Position numbers and translations under genes: made by a program
Shown here: positions 52,040 to 64,000 of the stretch, in pieces
Layout of the letters: every line of letters begins with the position of its first letter
Position numbering within the stretch: the first letter of the stretch is position 1
Assembly (NCBI GenBank): GCA_965214705.1
Contig: CBDCCI010000002.1
Span: 2,656,001-2,720,000 of the forward strand
Source of the DNA: Alphaproteobacteria bacterium
Lineage (GTDB): Bacteria; Pseudomonadota; Alphaproteobacteria; UBA828
DNA length: 64,000 bases
Reading direction: 5' to 3'
Notes under the pieces: model-generated
Seen by the model: the letters and a program-made list of their open reading frames with translations, nothing else
What the model was told of the DNA's origin: nothing
The model's database searches: none

Positions 52040-52909
52040 CTAGAAGCGCACCGTCTCGTCGATGGTGCCGAGCCAGCGGTGGTAGTTGCCGATCGAAAAG
52101 CGCTGATACTCGGCCACGTTGTGGAGGTAGGTGCCGGCTTCGACCTGGGCGGCGACGTGGTCGTACTCCTCGGCACTCGTCGGGATGAAGCGCACGCGAT
52201 CGCCGGGCCGGAAGAGCGCGAGGCTCTCGGCGAAGGCGGCGAGTCGTTGCGCGGGGCCCCAGATCGGTACCGGCGTTCGCGCGATCATCTGGTAGCCGCC
52301 CGGCGTCCTGTCGGGATAGATCGAGCAGAGCGCACCGCCAATGCCGATGGTGCCCTTGTAGGTCCAGGTGCGCGGCGGATCGTACTTGGGCGCGGTCAGC
52401 CGGCAGCGCGGGTCGAGCGGCATCAGCGAGACCAGGCCGGGATAGAAGCCCAGTGCCGCCACCCAGTAATCGGTGCCGGAATGAACGCGGGCGAGCTGCG
52501 CGAGATCGGCGAGGCCGTTGAGCCGCGCCACCAGCTCCGGGTCCTGCTCCTTGGGCGCGATCTTCGCGCAGTAGTCGTCGTAGCACTCGCGCGTCCACGG
52601 GTCGAAATAGCGGATCGGCAGGTAGAAGATCCTGCTGTCGAGCTCCAGCCCATCGAGCGGGCCCACGGCGTGGAACAGAGCGGTCACCTCGGCCACGACA
52701 TCGGCGTAGGAGATGCGCTCGAAATCGTAGCTGATCATGATCGAGGTGAGCTCGGGCACGATCTCGATGATCCCGGCGGGGCCGCTCTCGCGGATCAACC
52801 TGGAGACGCTGTGCACGCGAAAGTTGAGATCGAAGCTCATCTCGTCGCCGAGCTCCATCTCGATGAAGCGGTCGCCGCCGGGCCTGAAGACCGGCTCCGC
52901 AAAAATCAT
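52040..52909 (-). CDS. PxpB/KipI-like carboxyltransferase subunit (allophanate hydrolase subunit 1 family)
   Basis: GGDRF...E, LGFYPG, PKY.PPRTWT, IYP..TPGGYQ..ARTP, GDRV.F. Confidence 0.88.
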   Translation of the reverse strand: MIFAEPVFRPGGDRFIEMELGDEMSFDLNFRVHSVSRLIRESGPAGIIEIVPELTSIMISYDFERISYADVVAEVTALFHAVGPLDGLELDSRIFYLPIRYFDPWTRECYDDYCAKIAPKEQDPELVARLNGLADLAQLARVHSGTDYWVAALGFYPGLVSLMPLDPRCRLTAPKYDPPRTWTYKGTIGIGGALCSIYPDRTPGGYQMIARTPVPIWGPAQRLAAFAESLALFRPGDRVRFIPTSAEEYDHVAAQVEAGTYLHNVAEYQRFSIGNYHRWLGTIDETVRF

Positions 52910-53074
52910 GAACGCGCCTCCCCGCCTACCCACACCGGCGGGTCTTGGCGCGGCTTGAACGGTCGTCGCGCCCTTCATTGTCCGGCGGAGGACGCATCAC
53001 CCGGTGCGCTCTCGCCCACCGTGGGTGACGCGCCAAGCGTAGGCACCGAGCGCCATGCCGATCAAGGGGCCGGC

Positions 53075-55277
53075 CAGGGCAAATTTGTCCAAGCGGCTGG
53101 TAGGCAGTTGAGTTCTGGCCACGGGTTGTGCGGATCGGCTTTGTTGCGGGGTTTGCGGCGGGGTCTGGCCGAGCATCCGGTTCGGTCAGAGGGTTCTGGC
53201 ATTACCGTGTGGGCGGTGCGGGCGGTGCCGTCGCGATTTGGCGGTGCCCCGACATGATGGATCGCGCCACCGGCGTGGTCGGGAGCGAGGGCAGGTACGA
53301 TCTTTGCGCCCGGCTTGCCGGGCGCCGGGGTTCAGGCCGGCGCGGCGCGCTTTGCGGTCCTCGGCTGGGTGTTCCCGGTCATTTTCAGGAAGTCGAGGAC
53401 GGCGCGGACGTTGCGGGCGAGCCTGCGCACGGTCGAGGCGACCTCGAGCCCCCGGCCCTTGATCAGGCCGATGGCGAAGCGCCGCAGGCGGGTCATGTTC
53501 TCGGGGCCGAAGCCTGTGCGTATGCGGCTGCGGTCCTCGTCCCAGGTCCAGTCGAGGCAGTGGTGCGAGCTGTTCTCGATGCACCAGTGGCCGCGGTTGA
53601 GGGCGAGCAGGCTCTGCGCGTTGGCCGTGCCGGGCGTGTGGCTGGAGATCCCGTAGGCGGTCTCGGTGCCGGTCTCGCCGGTCTTCTTGTCCTGGCGGGA
53701 GCGCTCGATCATGAAGACCTGGCCGACGCCCGGGAAGTCGAGAAAGCCGTTCAACTCCGTGCTCGTCCAGATTGCCCGCTGCTCGATGCGTCCGTGCGAC
53801 AGCGCGGCCTCCTCCTCGAAGTCAGGCTCACGCTCCGGCGCCTCTTCGAAGAGCAGCGTCACATCGTCCCGCATGGTCTTCTGGTTCCCTTTCACGATGA
53901 ACATGAAGTGCGCGCCCCGGTCGAGCAGGTAGCGGGCGAACTTGCGCTGGGTTAGCAGCGCGTCCGTCGTGACCGTCTTGCCCGCGATGTTCGGGATCAG
54001 GTCCACCAGCGCCGTCACGGTGCCGATCTCGTTGGTGCGCTTTGTCTCCTCGTCGGCCCCGACTTTCAGGAGAAGTTTTTTTGGGCGAGCGTGGCCTTGG
54101 TCTCGTGCCCGACCGCGCTCATGACATGAGCCTGGGTCCCGTCCTCGTCGATGGCCCCCCTCAGGGTCTTGCCGTCGATGGCAAGCGCCGCGTCGCCTGA
54201 GCCGTGGGCCTCCTGCCACTTGCGCAACGCCTCGTCCAACTGGTCCGGGTCCACCCGGATCACCACATTGCGGATGGTCGACATCGAAGGCGGCCGGCGC
54301 ACCCCGTCGCGCAGCCGCACGCCGAAGCGGGCCAGCGCCTTCTCGCCGAGATCGTCGACCCACTCGGACATGGCCTTCCAGCCTCGCATGCCGCAGAGCG
54401 TCGCGCCACTCGCAAGCGCGAGCACGCTGGGCAGCGAATGCCGCCGTCCCTTGCGCGTGCGGGGGTCGTCGATGTCCTTGAAGTAGGCGTAGAGCGACTC
54501 TTGCTGAGCGGCGCTGATCATGGTTCTCGGAACTCCTTTCTTCCACAACTCCCGATCCAGCCCGGCAGCGGACAGCCGGCGGCAGGCGTCGGGAACCAGG
54601 GGGCGCAGCAGCACAAGCTTCGGCGTCGAGCCGGCGACATAGCCCGAGCGGTGGCGCCGGAAGCCGCGGGTCTGGCCGACCGCCAGCCATCCAGCCGCCC
54701 GGTAGACCGTGCCCCGGAACCTCGCCGCGTCCACGAATGTTTCCAGCATCAGCACGGGGTGGCCGAAGCGGGCCGGCCAGTCGCGCGCCAAGCGCCGCGC
54801 GCAAAGCCCCAGCACCCGCGAGCCGAGGTTCGGAACACCCCGTCCCGGCAGGATCAGGAAGCGCGCGTTGTTCGCGATCAGATGCAGCCGCCCGTGCTGC
54901 GTGCGGAAGTCCCAGCCGATCCACTCGTCCCGCGCCCGGCACTTGCGCGCCGCAGCCGAAAACACGGCCAGCGCCAGCCACTCGCCGCGCCGATGGGCGA
55001 CGTACCACGCCGTCGCCCCCACCTTCGCAGACGCACCCAGGTAGTGATGCCCCTCCATCAGCGCGCGGAACCGGGCCTCGTCCTCCGGCCGGACAGCAGC
55101 GACATCGACCTCGGAAAGATCCACCGTAGAAACCGTCCCCCTGCTCGAAGCCGATCCGCAGCAGAACACCGCGAATCCAGTCGCCTCAATCCATAGCAGG
55201 GTTGGCGCGCGCTGACCAGACCCAAGGTCAACTCGTAGCGCAGAACTCAAAAATCAGGCTTGGACAAATTCGCCCTG
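53075..55277 (-). mobile_element. ISAs1-family insertion sequence (2203 bp) carrying a DUF4338-like domain
   Basis: IRs CAGGGCAAATTTGTCCAAGC / GCTTGGACAAATTCGCCCTG; 10-bp TSD AGGGGCCGGC at 53065-53074 and 55278-55287. Confidence 0.93.
53332..55124 (-). CDS. DUF4338(DruA-like)-ISAs1 transposase, -1 frameshift at about 54076
   Basis: ORF1: HHYLG, RD.WIGW, NN.RFLILP, LETFVD, GTVYRAAGW, then DPR...GRRH, AIDGKTLRG; ORF2: TNEI, TDALLTQ, VKGNQ, HGRIE.R, HWCIEN..H...D..W.ED. Confidence 0.85.
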
Positions 55278-55994
55278 AGGGGCCGGCCACGTAGATCCAG
55301 TAGTGGGTGAAGTCGCCCATCGCGACGTAGGGCCCGAGCGCCCGCGCGGGGTTCATCGCGGCACCCGCGACCGGGCCCATCAGCATGACCTCGATGCCGA
55401 CCACCGCGCCCACGGCGACGCCTGCGAAGGGGCCGTGCGCCCGCTTGTCGAGGCCGACGCCGGCGACCACCCACATCAGCAGGAACGCGAGAAAGAGCTC
55501 GATCAGGAACGCGGTAACTGGCGTGATGCCGATGGCCGCATTGGGCAGGTTCGCGCCCATCGCACCGTAGTCGCCGAGCGCCCACAGCAGGCACATCCCC
55601 GCCAGCACCGAGCCCGCGAGCTGGGCCAGCGCGTAGCCGGGGACGAGGCGCCAGTCGAGATGGCCGATCAGCGCGGCTGCGATCGAGAGCGCCGGATTGA
55701 CGTGGGCGCCCGAGACGTGACCGAAGGTATAGATGACGACCGTAATGATCAGGCCCGAAATCAGGCCGGGGCCAATGGCGCCGAGCATGCCGCCCATCTT
55801 GGCATCGACCACCACGGCGCCGGCCGCGAAGAAGACGAGCGAGAACGTGCCGATGAACTCGCAGCAGTAGCGGCGCAGGTCGTCGGGTCGCGCGCCTGCG
55901 GGCAAGCCCGCGCGAAGCGTGGCCTCGTCACTCATACGACCGGAGAATAACCGGTATCGCCGCCGCGCCAATCGGCCGCGCCGGCGGCGGATGC

Positions 55995-58649
<2,655 letters not shown>

Positions 58650-58793
58650 GGAATGGCCCTGCATGGTTCCCTGGGCCGCAGGCGGCCCGGGGCTTGGATG
58701 CGTGCCGTGCTACTTAGTGCGCCTTGGGCGGGCTGTCCAGATTGGCGCGCACCTTCGCGCGTCAGCGTTCGCCCGCCTCCGCTCCCAAGCTCG

Positions 58794-59876
<1,083 letters not shown>

Positions 59877-59935
59877 CACCGCCTCCTTATTCCACACAGG
59901 TAAAACCGATGCAATGCGACTCCGATTGGGCCAAT

Positions 59936-59950
59936 GTACCCTATTTGTTC
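59936..59950 (-). promoter_or_regulatory. Alphaproteobacterial LexA (SOS) box
   Basis: GAAC-AAATAGG-GTAC (GAAC-N7-GTAC) upstream of recA. Confidence 0.85.
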
Positions 59951-60023
59951 TCACCCCGCAAGCCCTCATTTCATCGCCGTCCGGGCGCGGGCACGCTATG
60001 ATGGGCGCGGCTGTCCGCCCTCC

Positions 60024-60100
60024 GGGCCCGTAGTTCAACTGGTTAGAACCCGCCGCTCATAACGGCGTTGTTGCAGGTTCGAGTCCTGCCGGGCCCACCA
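60024..60100 (+). tRNA. tRNA with CAT anticodon, most likely tRNA-Ile2 (lysidine)
   Basis: GGGCCCG acceptor stem, D-stem GTTC/GAAC, CGCCG-CTCATAA-CGGCG, GGTTCGAGTCC T-arm, 3' ACCA; lacks the initiator C1 mismatch and GGG/CCC anticodon stem. Confidence 0.92.
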
Positions 60101-60132
60101 ACTCCCCTGAGTTTCTATTGTGGATCAATGGA

Positions 60133-60309
60133 TTACGAGCCTCGATTGTCCAACCTCTCGGGAAGGTTGGACAGCTTTGTTCCGGTTTCGGCCCCGAGCT
60201 TCGCCATGCCGGAGTCCGCGAGCGTCACTCGATTGGCAGCCGCCACATAACGACTCGCCTCCTTCGCGCTCGCGTGTCCGAGAAAACTCATGACCTCGAA
60301 TTCGGTTGC
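60133..60309 (-). pseudogene. C-terminal remnant of a phage-type tyrosine integrase
   Basis: ATEFEVMSFLGHASAKEASRYVAAANRVTLADSGMAKL...* (LGH..Y box II), stop 33 bp from the tRNA 3' end. Confidence 0.7.
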
Positions 60310-60529
60310 TCGGCGCGGGGATTTGCCGCCGACCGGCTCTGTAACCTATAGACCAAGCTGGACTCCGGCAGGGGCGGGCTATATTCGACGCTAGACAACA
60401 CGCTGCGCGCCTTTCCTGCCCTGCGGGCTGGATTGCGCCGCGCAGACCGTGACCCTGGCGAGAAATGCTGGCTAAGAGTATTCCAGCAGCCGTCCGGCCC
60501 ACTGCTTTCATGAGGAGTGCCGCGCAGCC

Positions 60530-62356
60530 ATGGACCTGCGCAACATCGCCATCATCGCCCATGTCGATCACGGCAAGACCACTCTGGTCGATGCCCTGCT
60601 GCGCCAGAGCGGCACGGTGCGCGCGAACCAGCCGATGCAAGAGCGCGCCCTCGACAGCGGCGAGCTCGAACGCGAGCGCGGCATCACGATCCTGGCCAAG
60701 TGCACCGCGATCGACTGGCGCGGCGTGCGCATCAACATCGTCGATACCCCCGGTCACGCGGACTTCGGCGGCGAGGTCGAGCGGGTGCTCGGCATGGTCG
60801 ACGGCGTGCTCGTTCTGGTGGACGCAGCCGAGGGCCCGATGCCTCAGACGAAGTTCGTCGTCGACAAGGCGCTTCGGCTCGGGCTCAGGCCGATCGTGGC
60901 GATCAGCAAGATGGATCGCGCGGACGCCCGACCCGAGATCGTGCACGAGGCGGTCTTCGACCTGTTCGACGCCCTGGGTGCGACCGACGCACAACTCGAC
61001 TTTCCGCTGGTCTACACATCGGCGCGCGACGGCTGGGCCTCGCGCGATGCGGCCGTCGCAGGGGCCGACATGACCCCGCTCTTCGAGACCGTCATCGCGC
61101 ACGTGCCCGCGCCTTCGACGGATCGGGACGGGCCATTCCGCATGCTGATCAGCCTGCTGGAGGCCGATCCCTTTCTTGGCCGGCTGGTGAGCGGCCGTGT
61201 GCTCTCCGGCCAGGTGGCAGCGAACCAGACCGTGACGGTGCTCGGCACGGACGGTGCCGTGGTCGAGGTCGCGCGCCTCACTAAGCTGCTTCGCGCGCGC
61301 GGGCTGGAACGGATCGCGGTGGGCAGCGCCGGGGCCGGCGAGATCGTGACGCTCGCGGGCCTCAAGACCGCCTCTGTGGCGGACACCGTCGCCGCTTCCG
61401 GGAACTGCACCGCGATCCCGGCCGAGCCCATCGACCCGCCAACGATCGCAATGGTGTTCTCGATCAATGACTCGCCGCTCGCGGGACGCGAGGGAACGCA
61501 ACTCACCTCACGCATGATCGCAGCGCGCCTCACCCGCGAAGCCGAGGGCAATGTCGCGATCCGGGTGAACGGCATGGCGGAGGACGGTGCCTTCGAGGTC
61601 GCCGGCCGGGGCGAGCTTCAACTCGCGGTGTTGATCGAGACCATGCGCCGCGAGGGCTTCGAGCTCTCCATCGGCCGCCCGCGGGTGCTGATGCGCGAAG
61701 ACCCGGCGGGCAGCGCGCCGCTCGAGCCCATCGAAGAAATCCAGATCGATGTGGACGAAGCCTTCGTCGGCGACGTGGTGACCGCGCTCGCCGAGCGGCG
61801 CGCGGAGCTGGTCGAGCTCAGGCCCTCGGGGCGGGACAAGATCAGGGCGCTGTTTCACGGCCCGACGCGCGGCCTGATCGGCTTCAACGGCGAGCTGCTC
61901 ACGGTGACCCGGGGCACGGCGATCATGCATCGGCTGTTTCACGGTTATGCGCCGTTCAAGGGCCCGCTGCCGGGACGGCAGACCGGCGTGCTCGTCTCGA
62001 GCGCGGACGGCAGGGCGGTCGCTTACGCGCTCTGGAATCTGGAGCCGCGGGGCACGCTCTTCATCGAGCCGGGGATGCCCGTCTACGGCGGCATGATCGT
62101 GGGCGAGCACACGCGGCCGCAGGACCTCGATGTCAACCCGCTGAAGAGCAAGCAGCTGACCAACATCCGGGCCGCCGGCAAGGACAATGCCGTGCGCCTG
62201 AGCCCGCCGCGGCCGATGCCGCTCGAGGTCGCGCTGGCCTATATCGCGGACGACGAACTGCTCGAAGTGACGCCGGCGGCGATCCGCCTGCGCAAGCGGC
62301 TGCTCGACCCCCATGCCCGCCGACGCGCCGCTCGGGCGCACGCGCGGGCATCGTGA
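60530..62356 (+). CDS. typA: Translational GTPase TypA/BipA
   Basis: [74 protein letters not shown]. Confidence 0.93.
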   Translation: MDLRNIAIIAHVDHGKTTLVDALLRQSGTVRANQPMQERALDSGELERERGITILAKCTAIDWRGVRINIVDTPGHADFGGEVERVLGMVDGVLVLVDAAEGPMPQTKFVVDKALRLGLRPIVAISKMDRADARPEIVHEAVFDLFDALGATDAQLDFPLVYTSARDGWASRDAAVAGADMTPLFETVIAHVPAPSTDRDGPFRMLISLLEADPFLGRLVSGRVLSGQVAANQTVTVLGTDGAVVEVARLTKLLRARGLERIAVGSAGAGEIVTLAGLKTASVADTVAASGNCTAIPAEPIDPPTIAMVFSINDSPLAGREGTQLTSRMIAARLTREAEGNVAIRVNGMAEDGAFEVAGRGELQLAVLIETMRREGFELSIGRPRVLMREDPAGSAPLEPIEEIQIDVDEAFVGDVVTALAERRAELVELRPSGRDKIRALFHGPTRGLIGFNGELLTVTRGTAIMHRLFHGYAPFKGPLPGRQTGVLVSSADGRAVAYALWNLEPRGTLFIEPGMPVYGGMIVGEHTRPQDLDVNPLKSKQLTNIRAAGKDNAVRLSPPRPMPLEVALAYIADDELLEVTPAAIRLRKRLLDPHARRRAARAHARAS

Positions 62357-62459
62357 TCGTCTGCCCAACAATCGAACACGCACAGCACGGCCTTGAGACT
62401 TTGCCAAGCGGAGCCTCTCTGGCTAGGAATTACCCGATCCCAGCGGAGCCTCGTCGATC

Positions 62460-63584
62460 ATGGACCAAGACATCCTCTCCCAGCTTGCACCGAGCGGCAC
62501 CCTGCGCGCGGGTATCAACCTGTCCAACTTCCTGCTGGTGACGGGCAGGGCGTCGTCGGGCGACCCGATCGGCGTCGCACCCGACATGGCGCGCGCGATC
62601 GCAGATCGCCTGGGTGTCGCGGTCTCCTACGTCACCTTCGCCTCGCCCGGCGAACTCACCGATGCGGCGGGACGGGATCTCTGGGACATCGGCCTCATCG
62701 CCGCGGAGCCTGCGCGCGCGGAGACGATCGCGTTCTCGCCGCCATACGTCGAGATCGAGGCGACTTACATGGTTCCCGAGAGCAGCTCCCTCGCTGCGAT
62801 CGAGGACGTCGACCGCTCCGGCATCCGCATCGCGGTGTCGGACAGGAGCGCCTATGACCTGTACCTGACGCGCCATCTCAAGCACGCCGAGCTGGTGCGC
62901 GCGAAGGGCCTTGCGGCCGCCTTCGAGGTCTTCGTGAACGAGCAGCTCGACGCGCTCGCGGGCCTCAGGCCCGGTTTGATCGCGGACGCCGACAAGCTCC
63001 CCGGCGCTCGGATTCTCGACGGGCGCTTCACGGCCGTTCGGCAGGCGGTGGGCACAGCGACGACCAACCGTGCGGGCGCCGCCTTCCTGGCCAACTTCGT
63101 CGAGGAGGCCAAGGCGAGCGGTCTTATCGCCCGCCTGATCGATCGCCACGGCGTGACCGGTCGTCTCCTGGTCGCGCCGGAAAATCCCCCCTCGCCTGAG
63201 GATTGTGGATCCGAAGTGAATCCGCAGGCCCAGGCCGCCGGCGGTCTCCGGATGTCGCGTGAGCAGATGATCGACCTCGGGCAGAAGGCGCTTGAGCTCG
63301 TGGTAGAGCGGATCGAGAGCCTGCCGGGAGAGAATGCCTGGGAGGGCGAGTTCCGGTGGGTCCTCGAAGAGCAGTTGCTCGAGGACCCACCTGAGGACGG
63401 GAAGCCGGCCGCAGAGGTGATCGAGCGGGCGGCGCGCGAGGTTCTGCCGTTCACGGCGCGAATCGACCACCCCCGCTGCTTCGGGTTCATCCCGTCATCG
63501 CCCACCTGGCCCGGCGTGGTGGCCGACTTCATGGCCGCCGGCTATCACATCAATCAACCTAAATCCCGCAGTTGGGGGCGATGA
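62460..63584 (+). CDS. Type-2 substrate-binding domain fused in frame to the N-terminus of a PLP-dependent aromatic amino acid decarboxylase, truncated by IS
   Basis: LAP.G.LRAGINL.N...F.PPYV.IEATY...SAYDLYLTR; linker; MS.EQM..LG..A.E.VV....DHPRCFGFIPS...GVVAD; last codons derive from the IS end at 63558. Confidence 0.72.
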   Translation: MDQDILSQLAPSGTLRAGINLSNFLLVTGRASSGDPIGVAPDMARAIADRLGVAVSYVTFASPGELTDAAGRDLWDIGLIAAEPARAETIAFSPPYVEIEATYMVPESSSLAAIEDVDRSGIRIAVSDRSAYDLYLTRHLKHAELVRAKGLAAAFEVFVNEQLDALAGLRPGLIADADKLPGARILDGRFTAVRQAVGTATTNRAGAAFLANFVEEAKASGLIARLIDRHGVTGRLLVAPENPPSPEDCGSEVNPQAQAAGGLRMSREQMIDLGQKALELVVERIESLPGENAWEGEFRWVLEEQLLEDPPEDGKPAAEVIERAAREVLPFTARIDHPRCFGFIPSSPTWPGVVADFMAAGYHINQPKSRSWGR

Positions 63585-64000
63585 TCGGTCGATTTCCGGG
63601 CTCAATTTCAGCCTGCCAGCGCAGGCCGAGGCGGTGGAATCCAGGGCTGGCGACCCGGCTGGCGGCCCCGGAGGTACTTCTTCAGCGCTTCCGCCAGGAT
63701 CCGGCGCCAGCGATCCTCAGCGCTCAACTGCTCCGCACTTGTCAGCAGAGTCTGGAAGAAGCCGGTGATCCGCCGCAACGCCGCGACCACGGCCCCCCGC
63801 CGCCCGTGGCTCGACGTCACCGTCAGCCGGGTTTGACCGGCGTGATGGGTCTGGCGGGCAACCCCATGCAGCAGGAGCGGTCGGCTGGTGATCGCCTCGC
63901 GGTGGTGATCGGGGTCCGCCAAGCGCACGAACAGGCTCCACCAATTGTAAATGAGCGCGATCAGCCGGGCCATGTGCTGGCAGCGCTTCAGGTCTCGCGT
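63558..64000 (-). mobile_element. IS1380-family element (partial)
   Basis: End CCTAAATCCCGCAGTT at 63558; transposase C-terminus TRDLKRC..MAR..ALIYNWWSLFVRL....H.EAITSRPLLL (stop 63608). Confidence 0.75.

Larger units (their letters stand above)
52997..55935 (-). pseudogene. Aquaporin (MIP family) interrupted by ISAs1
   Basis: EFIGTF, SGAHVNPA, MNPAR, WIYVAGP at 55935-55278; removing the IS and one TSD copy restores AGP-LIGMALGAYAWRVTHGGRERTG* with stop at 52997. Confidence 0.9.

Noticed and set aside
54500-55124. Complete Druantia defence system
   Set aside because: Only a DruA-like domain inside an IS; no DruE helicase or other Dru genes in the window
60024-60100. Calling the CAT tRNA tRNA-Met/fMet
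   Set aside because: No initiator features, and the sequence matches the alphaproteobacterial Ile2 pattern; assignment is by recall, not by a run classifier

Overview
High-GC alphaproteobacterial (Rhodospirillales-like) chromosomal segment. Housekeeping genes: cysE-iscR-iscS-fdx, anmK, tyrS, nrdJ, aspS, guaB, alaS, recA, tRNA-Ile2(CAT), typA. These are interleaved with accessory modules, many of them for amide or N-heterocycle metabolism. Most notable is a RutR-like TetR regulator with two TGAC-N6-GTCA boxes, divergent from a tightly coupled operon. The operon starts with an atypical family-1 uracil-DNA glycosylase (uracil pocket kept, DNA-intercalating Leu loop lost), followed by a GMC oxidoreductase, a NIPSNAP protein and a BMP-type nucleoside ABC transporter. 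This is a candidate undescribed pyrimidine scavenging/catabolic system. Also notable: (i) a Spy/CpxP + CpxRA-like locus with an exact CpxR box, enclosing a lipoprotein Ntn acylase plus a GH3 amido-synthetase and a three-hairpin 3'UTR; (ii) an ISAs1 element carrying a DUF4338/DruA-like domain and a -1 frameshift signal, inserted with a 10-bp TSD into an aquaporin gene; (iii) an IS4 element, a partial IS1380 element and several decaying genes (MalT-like regulator with a 50-bp duplication, MORN, integrase and hydantoinase remnants). All calls come from reading motifs by eye; no database searches were run.
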